Of a stretch of 64,000 nucleotides of DNA, positions 43,789 to 54,561 are shown piece by piece (position 1 is the stretch's first letter; every line of letters begins with the position of its first letter). The position numbers were made by a program, and so were the translations under genes. The notes under the pieces were generated by a model. It was given only the letters and a program-made list of their open reading frames with translations, had not been told where the DNA came from and did no database searches. This DNA comes from Gammaproteobacteria bacterium (GTDB taxonomy: Bacteria; Pseudomonadota; Gammaproteobacteria; GCA-002705445; GCA-002716945), in NCBI GenBank assembly GCA_002716945.1, contig PBCF01000002.1:206404-270403 (forward strand), written 5' to 3'.

Positions 43789-44970
43789 CTAATCTTGTAG
43801 TGATTTTTTAATTCTGATCATAGCTTCTTTGAGTGATTGCATATCTACTGCTATAGATATACGTAGATGTCCCTCAAAACCAAATGCACTTCCAGGAACA
43901 ACAGCTACTTTCGCTGTTTCTAGTAAAAATAAAGCTAAATCTTTGTCATTATTAAATTTACTATTATTCTTGACCAATTCTTTGAAGGAAGGAAAAATAT
44001 AAAAAGTTCCGTCTGTATCTTTGCACTCAACACCTTCAATATTATTTAATTCAGAAACAACATAATCATGTCTTTTTTTGTATTCTTTAGTCATCAATTG
44101 GATATCGTTAGACTTGTTGTTTAATGCAACAGTTGCTGCTGCTTGTGATATGGCACTAGGACAAGACGTGCTCTGAGATTGTAGCTTTTTCATTTGATTT
44201 ATAATTTCGTTTGGTCCAGCTGCATATCCTATTCTCCATCCAGTCATTGAAAATGCTTTAGATACACCATTAAATATTACAGTTCTATCTTGTAATGTTG
44301 GACATACATTTAAAATATTCTGAAAAGGATCTTCGCTCCATCTAATATGCTCATATATATCATCAGATGCAAAAAAAATATTTTTTTTATTTTCTATTAC
44401 ATCACAAATACTTTTTAATGATTCAGGACTATAACATTTACCACTTGGATTATTTGGACTATTAATTAATAATAATTTTGTTTTACTGGTAATAATCTTA
44501 TCTAAATCTTCACTAACTATATTTAAATTGTTATCGTAGGATGTATCAAGGAATACTGGTTTGCCTCCAGCATATTTAATCATATCTATATATGAAACCC
44601 AAAAAGGGGTAGGCAATATTACTTCATCGCCATCATCTATTAAAACTTGTAAAAAGTTAAAAATAGATTGTTTGCATCCATTTGAAACTATAATTTCGTC
44701 AATCTCATAAGATAAATTATTATCATTAGAAAATTTCTGTTGTATGGCTGATTTTATTTCTGAAGTTCCATCAACTGATGTATATTTGGTTTGACCAGAT
44801 TTTAAAGCTGATAAAGCTGCGTCTTTAATATAAGATGGAGTGTCAAAATCTGGTTCTCCAACTGTTAATACAATAATATCCTCTCCATTGTTACGCATCT
44901 CATTTGCTTTAGCAGTGAGAGCCATTGTAGATGATGGGTTAATTACTTTTATCCTATTTGAAAACGTCAA
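43789..44970 (-). CDS. Class I pyridoxal-phosphate-dependent aminotransferase (aspartate aminotransferase-like)
   Basis: 393-aa fold-type I aminotransferase (NSPNNPSGK, PLP-lysine region GVSKAFSMTGWRIGY). It is divergent from uvrB, as in Pseudomonas. Confidence 0.85.
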   Translation of the reverse strand: MTFSNRIKVINPSSTMALTAKANEMRNNGEDIIVLTVGEPDFDTPSYIKDAALSALKSGQTKYTSVDGTSEIKSAIQQKFSNDNNLSYEIDEIIVSNGCKQSIFNFLQVLIDDGDEVILPTPFWVSYIDMIKYAGGKPVFLDTSYDNNLNIVSEDLDKIITSKTKLLLINSPNNPSGKCYSPESLKSICDVIENKKNIFFASDDIYEHIRWSEDPFQNILNVCPTLQDRTVIFNGVSKAFSMTGWRIGYAAGPNEIINQMKKLQSQSTSCPSAISQAAATVALNNKSNDIQLMTKEYKKRHDYVVSELNNIEGVECKDTDGTFYIFPSFKELVKNNSKFNNDKDLALFLLETAKVAVVPGSAFGFEGHLRISIAVDMQSLKEAMIRIKKSLQD

Positions 44971-45040
44971 TGTAGTTCCTGATATTTTATATTATCATAT
45001 TTACGTCTTTTAAGTAAACTTCATGGTAAAATAATATACT

Positions 45041-47062
45041 ATGAAGGAATTTTCTTTAAATACATCTATGAAACCAGCTGGAGATCAACCGAGCGCAATC
45101 AAATCCTTAGTCTCTGGAATTAAACAAAAACTAAAGCATCAAACCCTTTTAGGTGTAACTGGTTCAGGTAAAACATTCACAATGGCAAATATAATTCAAC
45201 AAACTAATAAGACGACTTTAATCTTAGCTCCAAATAAGACTTTAGCTGCACAGCTTTATTCAGAGATGAAAGAATTTTTTCCAAATAATTCGGTTGAATA
45301 TTTTGTTTCATATTATGATTATTATCAGCCAGAGGCATATGTGCCTGTGTCTGATACATACATTGAGAAAGATGCATCGCTCAACGAACATATAGAACAA
45401 ATGAGATTATCAGCTACAAAATCTCTTTCCGAAAGAAAAGATGCTATTGTCGTTGCTACAGTTTCAGCAATATATGGATTAGGCGATCCCACTACATACT
45501 TCAAAATGATATTACATATGGTTAAAGGTGATTTAGTAGATCAAAGAAAGATATTAAGGCGTTTAGCAGAATTACAATACACAAGAAATGATATAGAGCT
45601 CAGAAGAGGTTCTTATCAAGTAAAAGGCAGTATTATAGATATATTTCCAGCTGATTCTGATAGAGAAGCTATCAGAGTTGATTTATTTAATAATGAAATT
45701 GAGAATTTGTATACATTTGATCCGCTCACAGGACAAGTAAATAAACAAATCAAAAGATGCACTATATATCCTAAAACACATTATGTTACACCTAAAGATA
45801 TTCTAGATGCAGCTGTTATAGATATTAGAAAAGAACTTGATTCAACTTTGTCTGAATTAAAAAAAGAAAATAAACTATTAGAACTTCAAAGATTAAAAGA
45901 AAGAACAAATTTTGATCTTGAAATGATTAAAGAAATGGGATATTGCTCAGGTATTGAAAATTATTCCAGATATTTATGCGGAAGGAAGCCAGGAGAACCA
46001 CCACCGTGTTTGTTAGATTACATGCCTGAAGATGGGCTTGTAATAATTGATGAAAGTCATGTTGCAGTTCCTCAGTTAGGAGGCATGTACAGAGGAGATA
46101 GATCTAGAAAAGAGACATTAGTTGAATATGGTTTTAGATTACCGTCAGCACTTGATAATAGACCATTAAAGTTTGAAGAATTTGTTAATTATAGTTTTCA
46201 AACTATTTATGTGTCTGCTACTCCAAGTGACTATGAAATTAATAAATCTAAAATTGTTGTAGAGCAGGTTATAAGACCTACTGGCTTAATTGATCCGAAA
46301 GTTACAGTCAAAGCTGCTTCAAATCAAGTTGAAGATGTTCTTTCTGAAATTAACAAGGTAGTAAAAAATAATAATAGAGTTCTTATTACTACTCTCACAA
46401 AAAAAATGGCTGAAAATTTAACTGAATATTTAGAAGATTTTAATGTAAAAGTTAGATATTTACATTCTGATATTAATACTGTCGAGAGAGTTGAAATTAT
46501 TAGGGATTTGAGAAAGGGTGACTTTGATGTTTTGGTCGGAATCAATTTATTAAGAGAGGGGCTTGATATACCAGAAGTGGAACTTGTGGCAATTTTTGAT
46601 GCAGATAAAGAGGGTTTTTTAAGATCTGATAAATCTTTAATTCAAACCATTGGAAGAGCCGCTAGAAATATAGATGGTCGAGTCATTTTATATGGTGATC
46701 ACCTTACAAAATCTATGAAACGTGCTATTGATGAAACAGATAGACGTAGAAATTTGCAAATTGAGTTTAACAAAACTAATAACATTAAGCCTGTAGGTAT
46801 TAAAAAAGGCATAAGAGATTCTTTGGATGATGATGTATATCTTTCTAACGATAAACTAGGAAAAATATCGTTAATATCTAATATTAAAAAGAAATTTCCA
46901 AAAGTTACAAGCAACAACGTAACAAATATAATTAAAGAGCTTGAGAAACAGATGTTTGAGAGAGCAAAAAATTTAGAATTTGAAGAAGCCGCAAAAATTA
47001 GAGATCAGATTACATCTATTCAGCAAAAATACCTAGATATGCCTAAAAATGCGAATTCATAG
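45041..47062 (+). CDS. uvrB: Excinuclease ABC subunit B
   Basis: 673 aa with the helicase Walker A ([12 protein letters not shown]), DEAH-like region (IIDESHV), beta-hairpin region and C-terminal UvrC-interaction helix ([13 protein letters not shown]). Confidence 0.95.
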   Translation: MKEFSLNTSMKPAGDQPSAIKSLVSGIKQKLKHQTLLGVTGSGKTFTMANIIQQTNKTTLILAPNKTLAAQLYSEMKEFFPNNSVEYFVSYYDYYQPEAYVPVSDTYIEKDASLNEHIEQMRLSATKSLSERKDAIVVATVSAIYGLGDPTTYFKMILHMVKGDLVDQRKILRRLAELQYTRNDIELRRGSYQVKGSIIDIFPADSDREAIRVDLFNNEIENLYTFDPLTGQVNKQIKRCTIYPKTHYVTPKDILDAAVIDIRKELDSTLSELKKENKLLELQRLKERTNFDLEMIKEMGYCSGIENYSRYLCGRKPGEPPPCLLDYMPEDGLVIIDESHVAVPQLGGMYRGDRSRKETLVEYGFRLPSALDNRPLKFEEFVNYSFQTIYVSATPSDYEINKSKIVVEQVIRPTGLIDPKVTVKAASNQVEDVLSEINKVVKNNNRVLITTLTKKMAENLTEYLEDFNVKVRYLHSDINTVERVEIIRDLRKGDFDVLVGINLLREGLDIPEVELVAIFDADKEGFLRSDKSLIQTIGRAARNIDGRVILYGDHLTKSMKRAIDETDRRRNLQIEFNKTNNIKPVGIKKGIRDSLDDDVYLSNDKLGKISLISNIKKKFPKVTSNNVTNIIKELEKQMFERAKNLEFEEAAKIRDQITSIQQKYLDMPKNANS

Positions 47063-47112
47063 AATTAACAACTTGAGAAAGATTAACTGCCATGATAATT
47101 TTTACATAGTTT

Positions 47113-47186
47113 AGGCGCGTAGCTCAGTTGGTTAGAGCGCCACCTTGACATGGTGGAGGTCGTTGGTTCGAACCCAATCGTGCCTA
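47113..47186 (+). tRNA. tRNA-Val (anticodon GAC)
   Basis: AGGCGCGTAGCTCAGTTGGTTAGAGCGCCACCTTGACATGGTGGAGGTCGTTGGTTCGAACCCAATCGTGCCTA. The cloverleaf has anticodon loop UUGACAU. No CCA is encoded. Confidence 0.85.
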
Positions 47187-47204
47187 CAATAAATAAAGAA
47201 TTAT

Positions 47205-49103
47205 ATGTTAAAAATAGTTATTAATAATAAAAAAATTGATTTAGAAAATAGCAAATCCATCGAGAGTTTGACTAATGAAAATTTTAAGGAAAAAAATTTT
47301 GTAGCAGCCAGAGTTGACAATAAACTTGTAGATATGAGCAATCATATTGAATCTGATTGCAAAATTGAATTGATTAAATCAACCGATCAAGAAGGTTTAG
47401 AAATAATTAGACATACATGTGCACACGTTTTTGGGCATGCTATTAAACAAATATATCCTGATTGTAAAATGGTTATTGGGCCTGTCATTGACAACGGTTT
47501 TTATTATGATGTCTTAACTAAAGAAACAATTTCTGAAAAAGATTTAATAACAATTGAAAAATTAATGAAGAAGCTAGCAAAAAAGAATTATATAATTACT
47601 AGAGAAGTTGTAACAAAAGATAAAGCAATTAAAATTTTTAAAAAAAGAAATGAGGATTTTAAACTAAAACTTATTGATGAAATACCCGAAAATGAAATTA
47701 TTGCGGTATATCATCATGAGGAATATATTGATATGTGCAGAGGGCCACACTTAACTAATACGAAACACCTAAAGGCATTTAAACTAACCAAAATATCTGG
47801 ATCATATTGGAAGGGAAACTCCTCAAACCAACAACTTCAACGTATATATGGGACCGCATGGAATTCACAAGATGAATTAAACAATTATCTTAAAGATTTG
47901 GAAGAGGCAGAAAAAAGAGACCATAGAAAATTAGGACAAAAACTTGATTATTTTCACTTCCAGGAAGAATCTCCTGGTATGGTGTTTTGGCATGATAAAG
48001 GTTGGACTTTATTTAATTTGATCAAAGAATATATTTCAAATTACTTATATCTTAATAACTATAAAGTTATTAATACTCCGCAAATTCTTGATAAATCTTT
48101 GTGGAAAAAATCTGGACACCTGGATAAATTTTCAGATTTGATTTTTGATATAAATTCAGAAAATCGTGAGTATGCTATTAAACCAATGAGTTGCCCAGGA
48201 CATATACAAATTTATAATCAAGGAATCAGAAGTTATAAGGACTTACCAGTTAAATTAGCAGAGTTTGGTTTAGTGCATAGAAATGAACCATCAGGGACAT
48301 TACATGGTCTTCTTAGAATTAGAGCTTTCACACAAGATGATGCGCACATTTTTTGTACACCCGAACAAATTGAAGAAGAAATAATTAAACTCATTGATGA
48401 TATTCAAAATATTTATCAAGACTTTGGATTTAAAAACTTAAAAATAGAACTTTCTACTAGACCAGAAAAAAGAGTTGGAAGTGAAAAAATTTGGGATATC
48501 TCAGAAAGCGCATTAAAGTCTGCCTTAAAGCGTAAGAATATTGACTGGTCTTTGAATGATGGAGATGGTGCTTTTTATGGACCTAAAATTGACTTCTCTT
48601 TACATGATTCATTGAACAGAATATGGCAATTAGGAACTATACAATTAGATTTTTCAATGCCAGAAAGATTAAAAGCTAACTATGTGGATAAAGATGGCAT
48701 CAAACAACACCCTGTAATGATTCATAGAGCTATATTAGGATCTTTAGAGAGGTTTGTTGGAATACTAATAGAAAATTATGCTGGAAATCTTCCATTATGG
48801 CTTTCACCTGTTCAAGTAGTAGTGCTAAATATTACCTCTAAACATGAAGAATTTTCAAATAATATAGTTGATTTACTCCGTCGAGAAGGTTTTAGGGTTG
48901 ATAATGACTTCAGAAATGAAAAAATAAGTTATAAAATTAGAGAACACACTATTAAAAGGATACCCTATTTAGTTATAATAGGAGATAAAGAAATTGATAA
49001 TAATCAAATTTCTGTGAGACTTAGAAATGGAGATGATCTAGGAAGTATGACATCTTCGGAGTTAGTTAAAAAACTCAAAAATGAATTGGCAGATAAAAGA
49101 TAA
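47205..49103 (+). CDS. thrS: Threonine--tRNA ligase
   Basis: 632-aa class II aaRS with ThrRS zinc-site residues (CRGPHL...H) and motifs 2 and 3 (HRNEPSGTLHGLLRIRAFTQDDAHIF, GSLERFVGILIE). Confidence 0.95.
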   Translation: MLKIVINNKKIDLENSKSIESLTNENFKEKNFVAARVDNKLVDMSNHIESDCKIELIKSTDQEGLEIIRHTCAHVFGHAIKQIYPDCKMVIGPVIDNGFYYDVLTKETISEKDLITIEKLMKKLAKKNYIITREVVTKDKAIKIFKKRNEDFKLKLIDEIPENEIIAVYHHEEYIDMCRGPHLTNTKHLKAFKLTKISGSYWKGNSSNQQLQRIYGTAWNSQDELNNYLKDLEEAEKRDHRKLGQKLDYFHFQEESPGMVFWHDKGWTLFNLIKEYISNYLYLNNYKVINTPQILDKSLWKKSGHLDKFSDLIFDINSENREYAIKPMSCPGHIQIYNQGIRSYKDLPVKLAEFGLVHRNEPSGTLHGLLRIRAFTQDDAHIFCTPEQIEEEIIKLIDDIQNIYQDFGFKNLKIELSTRPEKRVGSEKIWDISESALKSALKRKNIDWSLNDGDGAFYGPKIDFSLHDSLNRIWQLGTIQLDFSMPERLKANYVDKDGIKQHPVMIHRAILGSLERFVGILIENYAGNLPLWLSPVQVVVLNITSKHEEFSNNIVDLLRREGFRVDNDFRNEKISYKIREHTIKRIPYLVIIGDKEIDNNQISVRLRNGDDLGSMTSSELVKKLKNELADKR

Positions 49104-49119
49104 TTAATTTAGGAGAAGT

Positions 49120-49638
49120 ATTATATCGAATAATAAGAGACTGAGGATGAATTCTAAAATTCTTGTGCCTGAGGTACGGTTAATATCTTCAACAGGAGAC
49201 CAAGTTGGAGTTGTTCAAACCAAACAAGCATTAGAAATGGCACAGAATGAAGATCTTGATTTAGTTGAAATTGTTCCAAATCAAAAGCCTCCTGTATGTA
49301 GGATAATGGACTTTGGAAAATATAAATTTGAACAGTCTAAAAAAGCACATACAGCCAAAAAAAAGCAAAAACAAACTCAAGTTAAAGAAATAAAATTTAG
49401 ACCCAACACCGAAGAAGCTGATTATCAAGTCAAATTGAAGAGTATTATTAAGTTTTTGACTGGTGGAGATAAAACCAAAATTACCATGAGATTTAGGGGA
49501 AGAGAAATAGCACATCAGACTATAGGAAGAGATTTTCTTGATAGAGTCTTACAGGATATTGAAAATCACGGTATCGTAGAACAATTTCCATCATTTGAGG
49601 GAAGACAAATTGTAATGGTTATAGCACCAAAGAAATAA
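49120..49638 (+). CDS. infC: Translation initiation factor IF-3 (start codon uncertain: AUU 49120 vs AUG 49147)
   Basis: IF3 N- and C-domains (EVRLISSTGDQVGVV, DLVEIVPNQKPPVCRIMDFGKYKFEQ). The first ATG (49147) abuts GAGG with no usable spacer. An in-frame ATT at 49120 follows AGGAGA by 3-4 nt. An AUU start is the conserved autoregulatory start of infC. Confidence 0.85.
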   Translation: MISNNKRLRMNSKILVPEVRLISSTGDQVGVVQTKQALEMAQNEDLDLVEIVPNQKPPVCRIMDFGKYKFEQSKKAHTAKKKQKQTQVKEIKFRPNTEEADYQVKLKSIIKFLTGGDKTKITMRFRGREIAHQTIGRDFLDRVLQDIENHGIVEQFPSFEGRQIVMVIAPKK

Positions 49639-49679
49639 TTATTGTATACTGTCCGATTAAATAAACAGGAAAATCAGCT

Positions 49680-49874
49680 ATGCCAAAAATGAAAAGCAAC
49701 AAAGGCGCATCTAAGAGATTTAGCAAATCACCATCTGGTAATATAAAAAGAGCTCAATCTCATAGAAGGCATATACTTACAAAAAAAAGCGCAAAAAGGA
49801 AAAGACACCTAAGAGATGATTCTATGATTAGCCAGGCTGACAAACCTTTAGTTAAAAGAATGTTGCCATACTAA
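49680..49874 (+). CDS. rpmI: 50S ribosomal protein L35
   Basis: 64-aa basic protein ([14 protein letters not shown]). Confidence 0.95.
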   Translation: MPKMKSNKGASKRFSKSPSGNIKRAQSHRRHILTKKSAKRKRHLRDDSMISQADKPLVKRMLPY

Positions 49875-49891
49875 TACAAGGAGATTGAAAG

Positions 49892-50248
49892 ATGCCAAGA
49901 GTCAAAAGAGGAGTAGTAGCGCATTCAAAACATAAGAAAATTTTGAAACTTGCTAAGGGGTATAGAGGAGCGAGAAGTAAAGTATTTAGAGTTGCTAAAC
50001 AAGCTGTAATAAAAGCTGGTCAGTATGCCTATAGAGACAGAAAACAAAGAAAAAGACAATTCAGATCTCTATGGATAGCAAAAATTAATGCAGCAGCAAG
50101 AATGAATAATTTATCGTATAGCCAGTTTATGCATAAATTAAAAGTTGCTGAGATTAATATAAACAGAAAGGTCTTAGCAGATTTAGCTGTTAATAATCAG
50201 AAAAGCTTTACAGATTTATTAAAGACTATCAATAACCTAAAACCATAA
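49892..50248 (+). CDS. rplT: 50S ribosomal protein L20
   Basis: 118 aa ([29 protein letters not shown]). Confidence 0.95.
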   Translation: MPRVKRGVVAHSKHKKILKLAKGYRGARSKVFRVAKQAVIKAGQYAYRDRKQRKRQFRSLWIAKINAAARMNNLSYSQFMHKLKVAEININRKVLADLAVNNQKSFTDLLKTINNLKP

Positions 50249-50260
50249 TATATTAAATCT

Positions 50261-51244
50261 GTGAGCATAGAAATCACTTCATTATTATCATCATTCAAAA
50301 AAGAATTGGCGAACTGTAATTCAAATAATGATTTAATGAAAATTAAATCTAATTATTTAGGAAAGAAAGGATTACTAACTGAATTATTTTCTCAGATGAA
50401 AAATTTAGAATTAGATGAAAAAAAAACAAAAGGAGCTTTACTCAATCAAACTAAAATTAGTATAGAATCTCTTTTAAATGCTAAATCCAAGGAATTAGAT
50501 TCATTTAATTCAACTGATAATGAGATTGATATATCACTTCCAGCTAGGGGATATACGATTGGATCGCATCACCCTATTACTATTACAATTAATGAAATAA
50601 CAAATATATTAAATAAATATGGATTTAGTATATCTGATGGACCAGAAATTGAAGATGATTATTATAATTTTGAAGCGCTTAATATACCTAAAAACCATCC
50701 TGCAAGAGATATGCATGATACCTTTTATATTAATAATGAAAAATTATTACGTACTCATACTTCATCCGTACAAATTAGATCGATGCTTGAACAATCTCCT
50801 CCATTACGTATTATGACACCCGGCAAGGTATATCGATGTGATTCAGATCCAACTCATTCACCAATGTTTCATCAAATTGAAGGCTTGTCTGTCGAAAAAA
50901 ATATTAATTTTTGTCATTTAAAAGGATTTCTCACTGAGTTTATAAAAGAATTTTTTGACGATAAAAAAATTGAAATTCGTTTCAGACCATCATATTTTCC
51001 ATTTACAGAACCATCTGCTGAAATAGATATTCAATTTAAAAATAAATGGTTAGAAGTATTAGGTTGTGGCATGGTGCATCCTAATGTCCTTAGAAATGTA
51101 AAAATTGATCATAAAATATTTTCTGGTTTTGCATTTGGATTGGGGATTGAGAGATTTGCCATGCTTAAATATGGTATATCAGATTTGAGAGAATTTTTTG
51201 AAAATGATTTATCATTCTTAAGTCAATTTGAATCCATAAGATAA
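50261..51244 (+). CDS. pheS: Phenylalanine--tRNA ligase alpha subunit
   Basis: 327 aa with a GTG start and class II motifs (FRPSYFPFTEPSAE, GCGMVHPNVL, GFAFGLGIERFAML). Confidence 0.95.
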   Translation: MSIEITSLLSSFKKELANCNSNNDLMKIKSNYLGKKGLLTELFSQMKNLELDEKKTKGALLNQTKISIESLLNAKSKELDSFNSTDNEIDISLPARGYTIGSHHPITITINEITNILNKYGFSISDGPEIEDDYYNFEALNIPKNHPARDMHDTFYINNEKLLRTHTSSVQIRSMLEQSPPLRIMTPGKVYRCDSDPTHSPMFHQIEGLSVEKNINFCHLKGFLTEFIKEFFDDKKIEIRFRPSYFPFTEPSAEIDIQFKNKWLEVLGCGMVHPNVLRNVKIDHKIFSGFAFGLGIERFAMLKYGISDLREFFENDLSFLSQFESIR

Positions 51245-51245
51245 T

Positions 51246-53273
51246 ATGAAAGTTAGTGTTAATTGGTTATCAGAATTTTTAGAGCCTCTAAAAAGAGATA
51301 AAAAACTATCTCATAAAATGACATCGTTAGGTTTAGAAGTTTCACGAATACAACAATTAAAATCAGACAAGATTATAGATTTAGATATTACACCCAATAG
51401 AAGTGATTGTCTGTCTGTATATGGTGTTGCTAGAGATTTAAAAACACTTTACAAAACTAATCTAAAACCTCTGAAAAGAAAGAAAATAATAAAAAAATCA
51501 TCAAAAAATAAACATATTAAAAAAATAAATCACACAATAAGCCCAATTTATAGTTGTTTTGAAATAAGAAATTTAAATAATCGTGTATCAACCCCTTTAA
51601 TAATAAAACAACGGTTAAAGAATTGCGGAATATCATCTGTTAATTTATTAGTTGATATTTTAAATTATTCAATGATTGAAATTGGACAACCATTTCATGC
51701 ATTTGATTTAAATTTATTAGAAGGACCGATTAATATTAGATTTAGTAAACCTGGAGAATATATAGATGCATTAAATGAAAAACATTATAAATTAATGAAG
51801 AGCACTCCAGTTATATCTGATTCAAAAAATATACAAGCAATCGCAGGGCTTATTGGATCAAATAAATCTGCAATTACCAAAGATACTAAGGATGTTCTGA
51901 TTGAATGTGCTTATTTTGTACCTGATTTAATTAGACAGTCATCTAAAACTTATAAGTTGCAAACAGATTCATCGTATAGATTTGAAAGAGGAGTTGATCC
52001 TACTGCACATATTCAAGCACTAGAAATCGTATTAAATTTAATTTATAAATATTCAAATTATGATAGTTATAATTTCTCTACTAATAAAAATTTAAAAAAA
52101 ACCAATAAGGATAAATCCATCATAACTACTGATTTGCACTCTTTTCAAAGAATTCTTGGATTACACATCAAATTAAACACTATAAAAAGAATTTTATCTA
52201 ATTTAAATTTTATAGTTAAAATTAGAGGAAATAAAATTTTAGTCCAAGCACCATGTTATAGATTTGATATTAGCAATGAATATGATTTATTTGAAGAAGT
52301 AGCTAGGGTCATAGGCTATCAAAATTTTGACTCCTTATCTCTACCTCCATTTGTAAATAGTTCAGGAGTCAAGAATAAACATGAAGACAGATTTTCCTCT
52401 TTATTTGTTACACGAGGATACAGAGAAGTAATTAATTACACTTTTTTACCAAAATTTTATCAAGAACATTTTAATAAAAAAGACTCAATTATATCTATAG
52501 ACAACCCTATATCTGAAGATAAATGTGATATGAGAATATCTATGATTCCTGGGTTGATTAAAAGTTATAAATATAACTATAGTCGACAAAATCCTTCTAT
52601 GAAAATATTTGAAAACGGTAAAGTATATTTTCAAAATTTAAAATCTAAGATAACTGAGAAAAAATCCTTAGCTGGATTAATTTCTGGAAGTGATAGTAAT
52701 TACGCATTAAAAGAAGATTCTATTAATTATAACTTTTTTGACATTAAAGGTGACTTATTATCTATATTACCTAATATAAAATTTAGGTCGATAAAATCTA
52801 ATAATCTTTTAAACAAAAGATGTCAAGCCGAGATAATATATAATGGTAAAGTAATAGGATATTGTGGTGAAATCTCTAAAAAATTCTATGAACTTGAATC
52901 TATAAAACCAACAATATACGTTTTTGAATTATTTACAGAAATGCTAGATCTATCTAAACCAATTGTTTATAAAAAAATTTCACCTTTTCCTAAAATAAGA
53001 AGAGATCTGTCATTAATATTAGATAAAAATCTAAAATCTCAGGACATCATCAATCTTCTTGAAAGAGAACGCTTTAAATATTTGATAAATATTAAAATTA
53101 CTGATATTTTTTATAATAGTAAAGAATTCTCAGAAAATGAAAAAAGCGTCTCTTTAGAGTTTGTTTTTCAAGATATGAATACAACTTTAAAAGATAGCCA
53201 AGTAACTGATCAAATTAATAGAATATTGGAATTATTAAAGAAAAGAATAAATGCAAAATTAAGAGATAAATAA
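51246..53273 (+). CDS. pheT: Phenylalanine--tRNA ligase beta subunit (shortened, 675 aa)
   Basis: N-terminal tRNA-binding region, B3/4 and B5 domains, and a C-terminal anticodon-binding-like domain. It starts 2 nt after pheS. Confidence 0.9.
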   Translation: MKVSVNWLSEFLEPLKRDKKLSHKMTSLGLEVSRIQQLKSDKIIDLDITPNRSDCLSVYGVARDLKTLYKTNLKPLKRKKIIKKSSKNKHIKKINHTISPIYSCFEIRNLNNRVSTPLIIKQRLKNCGISSVNLLVDILNYSMIEIGQPFHAFDLNLLEGPINIRFSKPGEYIDALNEKHYKLMKSTPVISDSKNIQAIAGLIGSNKSAITKDTKDVLIECAYFVPDLIRQSSKTYKLQTDSSYRFERGVDPTAHIQALEIVLNLIYKYSNYDSYNFSTNKNLKKTNKDKSIITTDLHSFQRILGLHIKLNTIKRILSNLNFIVKIRGNKILVQAPCYRFDISNEYDLFEEVARVIGYQNFDSLSLPPFVNSSGVKNKHEDRFSSLFVTRGYREVINYTFLPKFYQEHFNKKDSIISIDNPISEDKCDMRISMIPGLIKSYKYNYSRQNPSMKIFENGKVYFQNLKSKITEKKSLAGLISGSDSNYALKEDSINYNFFDIKGDLLSILPNIKFRSIKSNNLLNKRCQAEIIYNGKVIGYCGEISKKFYELESIKPTIYVFELFTEMLDLSKPIVYKKISPFPKIRRDLSLILDKNLKSQDIINLLERERFKYLINIKITDIFYNSKEFSENEKSVSLEFVFQDMNTTLKDSQVTDQINRILELLKKRINAKLRDK

Positions 53274-53274
53274 G

Positions 53275-53568
53275 ATGACAATAACTAAAAACTCCTTAGT
53301 AGATATGATTCATGATGAAGTTGGGTTAAATAAAAGAGAAGCTAAAGAATTCATTGAGGAATTTTTTGAGGTAATAAAAGAACTTCTTGAAGATGGAAAT
53401 GACATAAAATTTTCTGGATTTGGTAATTTTATTCTCAGAAACAAAAAAGCAAGACCAGGGAGAAATCCAAGGACAGGAGAAGAAGTAACAGTCAATGAAA
53501 GAAGGGTAGTAACTTTTAAATCAGGTATGAAATTAAAATCTCAAATAGAGGCTTTTGATGGTGAATAA
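53275..53568 (+). CDS. ihfA: Integration host factor alpha subunit
   Basis: 97 aa with the IHF arm ([26 protein letters not shown]). Confidence 0.95.
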   Translation: MTITKNSLVDMIHDEVGLNKREAKEFIEEFFEVIKELLEDGNDIKFSGFGNFILRNKKARPGRNPRTGEEVTVNERRVVTFKSGMKLKSQIEAFDGE

Positions 53569-53908
53569 TCCAGAACAAATGATTAATATCCCTAATAAAC
53601 GATATTTTACAATTGGCGAAGTATCTGAAATCTGTGGCATCAAAACACATGTACTTAGATATTGGGAGCAAGAGTTTAAACAACTGGATCCAATCAAAAG
53701 AACTGGAAATAGACGATATTATCAACAAAAAGATCTAATTTTAGTTAGTCAAATTAATGATTTATTGCAAAATCAAGGATACACAATTGATGGGGCGAAG
53801 CATAAGCTTGAGGAAAAGGACAACAAAGAAGATCATTTGTATAGCAAAAAACTCATTAATCAAATTAAAATTGATTTAGAGAAAATTTTATCTGCGCTAA
53901 AAAGATAA
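53555..53908 (+). CDS. MerR-family transcriptional regulator
   Basis: 117 aa with an N-terminal MerR HTH ([33 protein letters not shown]) and a C-terminal coiled coil. It overlaps ihfA by 14 nt, and the same ihfA-MerR pairing occurs in Pseudomonas. Confidence 0.8.
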   Translation: MMVNNPEQMINIPNKRYFTIGEVSEICGIKTHVLRYWEQEFKQLDPIKRTGNRRYYQQKDLILVSQINDLLQNQGYTIDGAKHKLEEKDNKEDHLYSKKLINQIKIDLEKILSALKR

Positions 53909-53910
53909 GA

Positions 53911-54561
53911 ATGTTAAAAAATTATTCTACCAAGTATATAGATACTAATTACATAGTTAATAAAAAGAATGGAATTAAATATTACAGTATTGACAACAAT
54001 CTTTTACCTAGTGTTACATCAATTTTAGCTTCAACACGCAATCATCATCGCTTAAATAAAAACAACCATCTAACTTCATCCATGCAAATAGGCAACTATA
54101 TGCATAGTTATCTTAATCACTATATATCTAAATCCGAATTACCTGAAGAAAGAAACGACAACTATATGATCGCAAAAAAATTAGCCCATCAACTTCTTGA
54201 TAATTATATAATTAATTTAGATGAGATCTGGGGAACAGAGATTACTGTAAGATATAAATCAGACTATGCAGGTACGATTGACTTAATTGGAGTATCTGAA
54301 GATAATATCAAGATCATAGATTATAAATCATCATATAGAAAAAAAACAAAAAAAGAATTGCATGAATATTTTTTACAATTAGCTGCATATTCTATGGCCC
54401 ATGACTGGCAATTTAATTCTAATACAAACAATATCATTGTATTAATTTGTTATAGAAGTGGGGATTATGAGAAAATTGAACTTGAAAATGATGAAGTTGA
54501 TAAATATAAAAAAAAATGGTTATTAAGATTAGAATCATTTAAAGAGCTACCTAATGAATAA
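53911..54561 (+). CDS. PD-(D/E)XK (RecB-fold) nuclease-like protein, function unknown
   Basis: 216 aa with candidate motifs E (WGTEITV), D (GTIDLIGV), D/E-x-K (IIDYKSS) and a QhxxY-like helix (LQLAAYSMAH). It has no Cys cluster and no helicase domain. Confidence 0.45.
   Translation: MLKNYSTKYIDTNYIVNKKNGIKYYSIDNNLLPSVTSILASTRNHHRLNKNNHLTSSMQIGNYMHSYLNHYISKSELPEERNDNYMIAKKLAHQLLDNYIINLDEIWGTEITVRYKSDYAGTIDLIGVSEDNIKIIDYKSSYRKKTKKELHEYFLQLAAYSMAHDWQFNSNTNNIIVLICYRSGDYEKIELENDEVDKYKKKWLLRLESFKELPNE

Noticed and set aside
44971-45040. Looked for a LexA (SOS) box upstream of uvrB, which is SOS-regulated in E. coli.
   Set aside because: No CTGT-N8-ACAG palindrome is present. The nearest match (CTGATATTTTATATTATCA) lacks the ACAG half.
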